Assembly (NCBI GenBank): GCA_963706325.1
Contig: CAVPLT010000005.1
Coordinates: 192,001 to 256,000, forward strand
Direction: 5' to 3'
DNA length: 64,000 nt
Origin: an uncultured Nitrospiraceae bacterium
Lineage (GTDB): Bacteria; Nitrospirota; Nitrospiria; Nitrospirales; Nitrospiraceae
The notes beneath the pieces are model-generated. The model was not told the DNA's origin. It saw nothing but the letters and a program-made list of their open reading frames with translations, and ran no database searches. A program made the position numbers and the translations under genes. Positions 19,525-27,343 of the stretch are shown in pieces; the first letter of the stretch is position 1; the number at the start of each line of letters is the position of its first letter.

Positions 19525-20625
19525 TTATTGGATTATCATGCAGTCGGCAGGACAAGGCGTCTGCATATCGAGTCCGGCTTTATACCAGGGGTGGAGTATG
19601 GGTCCGCTGTAGCCATAGCCGCCGAGAACCGGATCGGTGGAGAGAAGTAACGGCGTATCCAGATCCAGAACATCGAACCCCCCTTGTCCCAGCACCAGGC
19701 TGAAAGAGCAACCCATCGCGATGCGAGTTTCCACCATGCCCCCAATCATAAGCCTCAGTCCGACGGAGCGGGCGAATGCCGCGATCCGGAGCGCTTCCGT
19801 CACGCCGGTTTTCATGATCTTGATGTTGATATAGTCGGCGGCTTGCAGCTTGACGACCCGGCGCGCATCGTCTAATGACCGGACCGACTCATCAGCCGCC
19901 ACGGGGATACCCGTCAGGTGACGAATCGCGTGAAGACCTTCCAGATCTTCGCGGATGAGCGGTTGTTCCAGAAGCACCAACCGGCCCCCAAACTTTTTCA
20001 CGCCGCTGACAAAGAGGAGGCAGTCTTGGCGAGAAAAGCCCTGGTTGCCATCGCCAATGAAATCAATGTTTGGGAACGCATCGTGCACGGCTTCCAACCG
20101 TCGAATGTCTTCTTCGACATTCGTTCCCACTTTCATCTTAAAGAGTCGAAATCCCCTGGCATACCAGCCGCGAGCGAGATCCAGCGTTTTCTCCAGTTCG
20201 CAGATAGGAATGGTGATGTCGGTTTCCCGATCCCGGACATCCGCTGATCCCCAGAGTTGCCAGAGAGGGACGCCCAGCGACCGAGTATAGGCGTCGAGTA
20301 TGGCGGTTTCTAAGCCGCAACGAGCGGCAGGATAGAGGATGGCCTGTGCCTGAAGTGTGTCCGCGATGGATTGGTAGCCGGCGACGGATTGTCCAATTAA
20401 GGGGGTGGCAAGAACTGTGGCTGTATCGAAGCAGGAGGCCCGATCTTCACCGCCGACTTCGGGGAAAGGCGCAGCTTCTCCGTATCCGCAAGTCCCATCG
20501 CGCAACGTGACACGCACGAACAGGTTCTGTGCCGTCACCCTTGCGCCGGTGGCGACGACGAATGGATCGGTGATCGGGACATCGATCGGCCAGATCTCAA
20601 TACGCTGTATGGTGTCGGACTTCAC
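19525..20625 (-). CDS. Dipeptide epimerase (L-Ala-D/L-Glu epimerase-like, enolase superfamily)
   Basis: GYGEA, FKMKVG, DGNQG, EQP, ADES, NIKIMKTG, DLD. Confidence 0.9.
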   Translation of the reverse strand: MKSDTIQRIEIWPIDVPITDPFVVATGARVTAQNLFVRVTLRDGTCGYGEAAPFPEVGGEDRASCFDTATVLATPLIGQSVAGYQSIADTLQAQAILYPAARCGLETAILDAYTRSLGVPLWQLWGSADVRDRETDITIPICELEKTLDLARGWYARGFRLFKMKVGTNVEEDIRRLEAVHDAFPNIDFIGDGNQGFSRQDCLLFVSGVKKFGGRLVLLEQPLIREDLEGLHAIRHLTGIPVAADESVRSLDDARRVVKLQAADYINIKIMKTGVTEALRIAAFARSVGLRLMIGGMVETRIAMGCSFSLVLGQGGFDVLDLDTPLLLSTDPVLGGYGYSGPILHPWYKAGLDMQTPCPADCMIIQ

Positions 20626-20653
20626 GGAGTTTGTGGAAGCGGGAATTGATCAC

Positions 20654-21298
20654 TCAGCCGTAGCGGTCGTTTTGCCAGGGTAAGGCGCTGTTGGAGTAAC
20701 CACGGACCTCCCAGAAGCCTTTCTCGTCTCGGTCTGAGAAGGTAATCTCCTTGATCCACTTGGCGCCTTTCCACGCGTAGCGTTTGGGGATGATCATACG
20801 GACCGGGCCCCCGTGTTCCTTGGTGAGCGGACGGCCATTCCATTTATAGGTGAGGAGCACATCTGCGTCGTTACAGGCCTCAAGCGGCAGGTTGGTTGTG
20901 TAATCGTCATAAGATTTGAATAGCACAAACTTAGCGGGAGGAAGCGGTTGGACGATGGCCATCAGGTGCTTGAAACTCACCCCTTCCCATTGGTTGTCGT
21001 AACGGCTCCAGGATGTCACGCAATGGAAATCGGAAGCGTCTTTGAACTGAGGCTGCGCGAGGAAATCCGTCCAGCTCCAGGTCACGGGAGTCGTCACCGC
21101 GCCGCCGATCGTCAGCGACCAATCGGAGAGCGGAATGTCCGGTTTTTGCCCGAGGTCCAGTACCGGCCAGGTTTCCACAAGGTGCTGACCGGGAGGAAGT
21201 CGCTCATCTCCCTCGTAGAATACTTCGCGTTCTTCTCCACCGCGTCGGGCCTTCGCCCAGTTTTCCTTAGTCTTTGTCAAACGATCATTTTGATCCAT
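20654..21298 (-). CDS. Sulfite-oxidase-like molybdopterin oxidoreductase
   Basis: RLPPGQ, DFHCVTSWS, YTTNLPL, EHGGPVR, WKGAKW, GFWEVRGYS; RBS GGGAGG. Confidence 0.9.
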   Translation of the reverse strand: MDQNDRLTKTKENWAKARRGGEEREVFYEGDERLPPGQHLVETWPVLDLGQKPDIPLSDWSLTIGGAVTTPVTWSWTDFLAQPQFKDASDFHCVTSWSRYDNQWEGVSFKHLMAIVQPLPPAKFVLFKSYDDYTTNLPLEACNDADVLLTYKWNGRPLTKEHGGPVRMIIPKRYAWKGAKWIKEITFSDRDEKGFWEVRGYSNSALPWQNDRYG

Positions 21299-21538
21299 GC
21301 CCGGCCTCCCTAATGACAGAGTAGGACAAGATGACGGGATCTTACAAGGATGTTGTGTGAGAGAGTGAGAATTGAAGGCGCCGGAAAATGCCTGCATCAT
21401 ACGATGAGGCCAGTCACTGCTTGCGTGGGATAGTTAAACCTGGAAGCGGACGAGTGAAGATACCTGGTAAGAGTGGAAAGGAAACGCGAGGCGCATCCTG
21501 GCGTCAGACGCCCAGTGATTCGCCGGGACGAGTTATGA

Positions 21539-21688
21539 TCAGATGTGCAGTCTGGTCTCTCGCTCGCACCAACGTTGCGGGCGCATGAGCGTGCCCAACG
21601 CTGCGATCGCGCAGATAGTCGCTAACAGCAAGAAGCTGGCAATAAGAAAAAACCCACCTTTCATATCCTGCATCGAGAGAGGCCCCAT
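21539..21688 (-). CDS. Candidate small single-pass membrane protein (49 aa; 41 aa from ATG 21664)
   Basis: Manual translation MGPLSMQDMKGGFFLIASFLLLATICAIAALGTLMRPQRWCERETRLHI; GGGGGTG upstream. Confidence 0.4.
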   Translation of the reverse strand: MGPLSMQDMKGGFFLIASFLLLATICAIAALGTLMRPQRWCERETRLHI

Positions 21689-21721
21689 GATTTCACCCCC
21701 CAATGACCTAATTGTACCACT

Positions 21722-21919
21722 TCAATCAGTTTGCCAACCGCAGCCGCAACGCCATGATTCTTCTGGTGATTTTTTTCGCAGGCGAGACGAGCATTGTGGA
21801 CAGGGTCGCATCCATACATGGGAGGTGGTATCGCACATCAATTGTGAGGCTTGGACCAGGTGTGGGATTGCTTGAATTGTCGGCATAGCAACGTTTAGAA
21901 GTTCAACTAATGCGTCCAT
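21722..21919 (-). CDS. Candidate small zinc-ribbon-like protein (65 aa)
   Basis: GGAGGT 9 nt before ATG; C-terminal CPQC...CGCGW. Confidence 0.4.
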   Translation of the reverse strand: MDALVELLNVAMPTIQAIPHLVQASQLMCDTTSHVWMRPCPQCSSRLRKKSPEESWRCGCGWQTD

Positions 21920-22219
21920 TCGGAGATTACCTCCACTGAGGTCCGCGCTTCAATAGATCTTTCGGAGGGACGAGCCGAGTTCTTGAATATTTTGGTCGGG
22001 GATGCGCTGAGCGTTTGCCGCCAAAGTGGCCTGCGGACGACAATTGTGAAGGACACACGCCAGATCTTTTCTTCTTTCCATCGCCTTGTGTGATGCAAAC
22101 AGTCATCTCTTTCTGTAAGCTCTGGGTTCCTCGCTCGATCACAGCACGAGCGTCTTCACCTATGATCGAGAGTATGACGCCTTTGTGAGGGAGACATGAT
22201 GCCACCGATTCAGGATGCA

Positions 22220-22936
22220 ATGAGCACGTCACTGGAATCGTCCGGATCCCAGAAAAATGGCGGCATGGGTAAACTGCTACTGGGGCTGTCAATCGGTCTC
22301 GGAATCGCGGCATTCTTCTACTTTGACCTCAGCCGTTTCTTATCTCTGGAAGGCCTGAAGTCGAATCGGGATCAGTTGCTCGCGTTTGCAGAAGGGCACT
22401 ATTCAGCCGCCGTGGTTATTTTTGTCATCGCCTACTGCGTAATCGTCGGGTTGTCATTGCCCGGCGGGGCAATCATGACTCTGGCGGGAGGATTTCTGTT
22501 CGGCAGCGTGTTGGGAACGCTCTATGTGAACCTTGGAGCGACGGTGGGAGCGACGTTGGCCTTTCTCGTGGCACGGTATCTTTTGCGAGACTGGGTCGAG
22601 CAGAAATTCGGGAGTCGCCTAGGCCCTATTCAGGAAGGTTTTGCCAAGAACGCATTCAGTTACCTCATGACCCTGCGCCTGATTCCTCTGTTTCCGTTTT
22701 TCCTGGTGAATATGGTGTCAGGATTGACGAGGATGAACGTTGGAACCTACATGGCGGCGACGTCGCTGGGCATCATTCCCGGTAGTTTTGTGTTTGCCTA
22801 CGCGGGGCGTCAACTTGGTACGATCGACTCACTGAAGCAAATTGCTTCGCCCAACGTGTTGATGGCATTTACATTGCTTGGACTCTTGGCACTGGTGCCC
22901 ATCCTTTATAGGAAATTGGCCGGCAGGTCGGTCTAA
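22220..22936 (+). CDS. TVP38/TMEM64 (DedA/VTT) membrane protein
   Basis: SLPGGAIMTLAGGFLFG, GATLAFLVARY, LRLIPLFPFFLVN. Start uncertain (22196-22265). Confidence 0.9.
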   Translation: MSTSLESSGSQKNGGMGKLLLGLSIGLGIAAFFYFDLSRFLSLEGLKSNRDQLLAFAEGHYSAAVVIFVIAYCVIVGLSLPGGAIMTLAGGFLFGSVLGTLYVNLGATVGATLAFLVARYLLRDWVEQKFGSRLGPIQEGFAKNAFSYLMTLRLIPLFPFFLVNMVSGLTRMNVGTYMAATSLGIIPGSFVFAYAGRQLGTIDSLKQIASPNVLMAFTLLGLLALVPILYRKLAGRSV

Positions 22937-23011
22937 GCCGCAGGTTGCCTCTCGAAGATCTAACGGATCCACGCCAAGGTGGCGATAAGGCCCACTCACC
23001 AGAGGAAACAC

Positions 23012-24574
23012 GTGTCACAGATGAATGCTAAGGGCGAGAGCCTAGTACTGCCGAATGACGAGCATAATCAGCAGTTGGTTGACAATGTGCATCCTTCGAA
23101 TTGGGTGAATCCAGAGGCTGACGGCCGCTACAACATGGTTGTGATCGGGGCAGGTACGGCAGGTCTGATCACGGCGGTCATTGCGGCCGGCGTGGGCGCA
23201 AAGGTCGCGCTGATCGAACGTCATCTGTTGGGAGGAGATTGCCTCAATGTGGGTTGCGTGCCATCCAAGGGCCTTATCCGTGCGGCCAATGCATGGGCGG
23301 ATATTCGGCATGCCGCGGAATTCGGTCTGCACATCCCGCCGGGGGTGATATACGACTTCGGCGAGGCCATGGCTCGAATGAGAAAGCTGCGCGCCAGGAT
23401 CAGCCGGAACGATTCCGCCCACCGCTACAGGTCTCTGGGCGTCGATGTCTACCTTGGTCAAGCGCGATTCGCAGGACAGGATACCGTGCTGGTGAAAGGG
23501 CCTGCCGGTGATCGGAAGCTGGCGTTCGTGAAGGCGTCGATCTGTACAGGCGCCAGGGCCGCGGCTCCCTCCATCCCAGGGCTAGAAGAAGCCGGTTTCC
23601 TCACGAACGAAACGGTGTTCTCGTTGACAGAACGGCCGTCGCGTATCGCGGTTATCGGTGCGGGACCGGTTGGATGTGAATTGGCCCAGGCGTTTGCCCG
23701 TTTCGGAAGTCAGGTATACCTCATCGAGGCGATGCACGGCATTATGCCTAACGAAGATCGGGATGCGGCCGAGATCGTCCGACAATCCATGAGCCGAGAC
23801 GGTGTCGCCTTGCTGTGCTGCGGGAAGGAGTTGACGATCACGAAAGCGGCAGATGGCAAGCGCCTGGCACTTGAATCTCACGGGCAGCGGTACGACGTAA
23901 CCGTCGACGAAATTCTGGTGGGGGCCGGGCGGACGCCGAACGTTCAAGGGCTTGGCTTGGAAACCGTCGGGGTGGAATATGACAATTTCGGCGTGACAGT
24001 CAATCATCGGCTCCAGACGACGAACCCGCGCATCTATGCCGCCGGCGACATCTGTTCGCGGTACAAGTTTACTCATGCTGCGGATGCCATGGCGCAGATT
24101 GTCATTCAAAATGCGCTCTTCCCACATCCCTTTGGACTGGGGTATGCGAGCACGGAATCTTTGATCATGCCCTGGTGTACGTTCACCAAACCGGAAATCG
24201 CCCATGTCGGCCTGTACGAAGCAGAGGCCACGAAGAAGGGGCTGGAGGTGGAGACCTATACGTACAAACTTGACGAAGTGGACAGAGCTATCCTTGACGG
24301 TGAAGAGGATGGATTTGCTCGGGTCCACATTCAAAAGGGGACCGATAAAATCCTCGGAGCCACGATAGTAGCCGCACATGCCGGCGACATGATCAATGAA
24401 TTCTCGGTTCTGATGAAGGCCGGAGCTGGCGTCAAAATTATCGCCTCGACTATTCATCCCTATCCCACCCAGGCCGAGGTCAACAAAAAGGCCGTTAATC
24501 TTTGGCGCAAGGCGCACTTCACGATACGGACCAAAACACTCTTGACCAGGCTCTTTGCCTGGATGAGACGGTGA
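23012..24574 (+). CDS. Class I pyridine nucleotide-disulfide oxidoreductase (mercuric reductase/LpdA-like, lacks MerA C-terminal Cys pair)
   Basis: GAGTAG, GGDCLNVGCVPSK, GAGPVGCE, AAGD, IHPYPTQAE. Confidence 0.9.
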   Translation: MSQMNAKGESLVLPNDEHNQQLVDNVHPSNWVNPEADGRYNMVVIGAGTAGLITAVIAAGVGAKVALIERHLLGGDCLNVGCVPSKGLIRAANAWADIRHAAEFGLHIPPGVIYDFGEAMARMRKLRARISRNDSAHRYRSLGVDVYLGQARFAGQDTVLVKGPAGDRKLAFVKASICTGARAAAPSIPGLEEAGFLTNETVFSLTERPSRIAVIGAGPVGCELAQAFARFGSQVYLIEAMHGIMPNEDRDAAEIVRQSMSRDGVALLCCGKELTITKAADGKRLALESHGQRYDVTVDEILVGAGRTPNVQGLGLETVGVEYDNFGVTVNHRLQTTNPRIYAAGDICSRYKFTHAADAMAQIVIQNALFPHPFGLGYASTESLIMPWCTFTKPEIAHVGLYEAEATKKGLEVETYTYKLDEVDRAILDGEEDGFARVHIQKGTDKILGATIVAAHAGDMINEFSVLMKAGAGVKIIASTIHPYPTQAEVNKKAVNLWRKAHFTIRTKTLLTRLFAWMRR

Positions 24575-24582
24575 AAGGCGAG

Positions 24583-25320
24583 ATGTCGCGTCTATGGCTT
24601 GTCCTCTTCGCGCTACTGTTCAGCACGGCGGCCATGGGACTGGCACAAGGACCCGCGCTGTTGGAGGTCGGAAAGTTCTCCGCCGCAATCGAGGGGAGCA
24701 CGTTGCCGGACGGGTGGAAGCCGCTGACCTTTAAAAAGATTGAGCGTCACACACAATATGAGATGGTGAAAGACGGCCCATCGCTCGTTGTCAAAGCCAT
24801 CAGCGACGCATCCGCCTCAGGGCTGACCAAGGCGGTGATGATCGATCCGCGTGAATACCCCATCGTGCGCTGGCGATGGAAAGTGGAGAATCTGCTGCAG
24901 AAGAGCAATGTGAACCGCAAAGACGGCGACGACTATCCCGCGCGGATCTACATTACCTTCGCCTATGAGTCGGACAAGGTGAGTTTTGGGAGAAAATTGC
25001 AGTACAAAGCCGGACAGGCGCTGTTCGGCGACCTCCCCATCGGCGCGCTCAATTACATATGGGACGGCAAGAGTCCGATGGGCACGATCGTAGATAATGC
25101 CTTCACTGATTTTGCCAAGATGATTGTGGTGCAGAGCGGGGCGCAGCGAATCGGTTCCTGGGTGGAAGAAGAGCGCAATGTCTATCAGGATTACAAGCTG
25201 GCCTTTGGAGAACAACCTCCTGCGATCAATGGTGTTGCGATTATGACCGACACGGACAACACGAAGGAGCGGGCCGTGGCCTATTACGGCGATATTGTTT
25301 TCGCGCGGACATCGAGGTGA
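24583..25320 (+). CDS. DUF3047-family secreted protein
   Basis: Signal peptide; WRWKV, GDDYPARIYITF, LNYIW, WVEEERNVYQDY, IMTDTDNT. Confidence 0.85.
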   Translation: MSRLWLVLFALLFSTAAMGLAQGPALLEVGKFSAAIEGSTLPDGWKPLTFKKIERHTQYEMVKDGPSLVVKAISDASASGLTKAVMIDPREYPIVRWRWKVENLLQKSNVNRKDGDDYPARIYITFAYESDKVSFGRKLQYKAGQALFGDLPIGALNYIWDGKSPMGTIVDNAFTDFAKMIVVQSGAQRIGSWVEEERNVYQDYKLAFGEQPPAINGVAIMTDTDNTKERAVAYYGDIVFARTSR

Positions 25321-25419
25321 GGGGATGGCCGACTTAAAGCAGGCGGAGGGACCAGCCTGTGCAGGGCCAGCCCCTCCCGGAAACCAACGCACTGATGTGG
25401 ATTCGCAGAGTAAGGGGGG

Positions 25420-25827
25420 TTACTGAACTGAATTTGCGAAGCCACCATGGGTAATTTCAGCCCGAATGGTATCGCCCACCTTCTTGTTGCCTCCCAGATG
25501 TTTGGTGCCCTGCCCGACATGCACCTTCATTTGGTTTCCCTCAAAATCTTCAACCAGGTAAGTCTGCCCCTGGATATTCTTGACGGTGCCGCCGACTGTT
25601 TTCCATGCCATTCCAGGCCTGGTGTCCTGCTGGCCTGGCTTGGCAGCAGGAGCTGGTACGGGAGCAGACCCCAGTAAAGAAGCGGCCGCTGCCGCTGATG
25701 TCGTGGTTACATGTTTTGTGTGCTTGCCGGTCTTTTCTTTTGCCGATACAGGAGCGACTATCAGGGTGACGGCTGCGAAGGTAGCGGCGGCCATCATGAG
25801 CATTGAGTGCTGGGCATGCGCGTTCAT
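25420..25827 (-). CDS. Secreted hypothetical protein with C-terminal OB-fold-like beta domain
   Basis: RBS AAGGAGG; signal peptide; VGGTVKNIQGQTYLVED...KVGDTIRAEI. Confidence 0.75.
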   Translation of the reverse strand: MNAHAQHSMLMMAAATFAAVTLIVAPVSAKEKTGKHTKHVTTTSAAAAASLLGSAPVPAPAAKPGQQDTRPGMAWKTVGGTVKNIQGQTYLVEDFEGNQMKVHVGQGTKHLGGNKKVGDTIRAEITHGGFANSVQ

Positions 25828-25876
25828 AACGATCCTCCTTGCAATGAATACGGCTGGGTATCGGTGAATAGTCATC

Positions 25877-25892
25877 AGCAAGCCGTATGCCT
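25877..25892 (-). promoter_or_regulatory. Sigma54 -24/-12 promoter
   Basis: Minus strand AGGCATA-CGGC-TTGCT (GG-N10-GC), about 50 nt before ATG 25827. Confidence 0.55.
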
Positions 25893-26271
25893 GAAACTCA
25901 GGTGTTGGAGGTGCATAATCGATTGGATTTGTGTCGATTGCGTCGCGTTGTGTTGAACGGGAGCGGCGGGAGTAGGGGAAAAATGACAAGCCCCGTTCAA
26001 ATCTGCTCACTCGTGTCAGGGATTAGCGATGATGTCGAACAGCTCCTCATGGCTATCTCCGGCTGAGCCAAGCCAGTCACAAACCTCTTGCTAGGGCGGC
26101 CAGTATGAGCCACCTTCCAAGTCACCCATGGTATTCAGCCTGTGGCTATTCCCACCAATCCCCGCTCCAGGACATTCGAACGGTATTTTGAGCGCCCCTA
26201 TGTCGACGGCATTGGTAAGTTCCTTCTCCAGATGAAGAGACGCGTTTGCCTCCTGGCGTGGTTGACGTGCT

Positions 26272-26300
26272 TGATGATAAAGCCGGCCGATTTATCATCA
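26272..26300. repeat. Perfect 10-bp inverted repeat (operator or hairpin)
   Basis: TGATGATAAA-GCCGGCCGA-TTTATCATCA followed by GTTTT. Confidence 0.6.
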
Positions 26301-26778
26301 GTTTTCTGAATCAGATTGGCGACTCCGAATGATCCTGACTCGGCAACGTTCGCTGCACGGGAGCCATACCATCAACACGATCAAACGCTGCTCGTACGGA
26401 GTCTTCGCTTGAGCAGGTCGGCGGGTTTCCTATCAGCCCATCGTGAAAGACGTGGCATTCGGACCGAAGTTGCTGGGGCTGATGACGCTTGTGCCCCTGT
26501 CTCCGTCGGTTGGGACAGATGCCCGGAAGTTCGTTAGGTGGGAGGCTGGCAAAGCTTCGTGCGCATGTTGTTCATCATCCTGCATGTGAAATCAAGGTTC
26601 TCTCTCTTTCACGAGGCTTTTTTAAAACACCGGTCTCCATCTTCATCGGGCTCCTGTTCTGCCGAGGCATCAACTCGGCCTCTTCTCAATAAACCGCCAA
26701 TTTAATTGTCAACGCTCCCGATCTCTTCCACGTTGAATTGAGCAACAGCAGCATAGCGGTTAACCAAAGGGGGGATGT

Positions 26779-27096
26779 ATGAAGAAGTTGATTCGGGTTG
26801 CGGCGGTCTTATCTGTCTGTGCCTCATCGCTGGCGTATGCCCAGGCAAATACGCCGAAGACTGACCAGCGACAAGCTAAACAAGAACAGCGGATTGATCA
26901 GGGTATTACGAGCGGCCAGCTGAGCGAGCGTGAAACCAATCGCTTGAATAATCAGCAGGAACATATCAACAAAATAGAAGACAAGGCAAAGTCCGATGAT
27001 GTTGTCACGAAGAAAGAACGCGCCAGGATCGGACAGGCGCAGGATCGCGCATCGAGGCATATCGCCAAGCAGAAACACGACAGTCAGAAGCAATAG
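26779..27096 (+). CDS. Small secreted helical-repeat protein
   Basis: Signal peptide (LAYA); DQRQAKQEQRIDQGITSGQLSERE pattern; RBS AAGGGGG. Confidence 0.8.
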   Translation: MKKLIRVAAVLSVCASSLAYAQANTPKTDQRQAKQEQRIDQGITSGQLSERETNRLNNQQEHINKIEDKAKSDDVVTKKERARIGQAQDRASRHIAKQKHDSQKQ

Positions 27097-27343
27097 ACTG
27101 CTAATCTGGTACCGGCCTGCCGTTGAACACATGTTCCAATCGGCTTGGCGCGCAGGATGACAGCCTCGGCGAGCTCCGTCGAGGGCAACATGCCGCCCAT
27201 AAGCGAGATTGTGGGTGGCATTGTTATTTCTTCAACAAGCCCCGCGTGCAGGGTATTCGAGATGACTTCGCGAGTCCGTCATGACTTCATTTCTTCAGAG
27301 GGTAAGCCTGAATTGGCCCGTCCCATCCTGCTAGAATGCCGGC

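Noticed and set aside
23012..24574. merA mercury-resistance call
   Set aside because: No C-terminal Cys-Cys, no N-terminal metal-binding domain, no mer operon genes.
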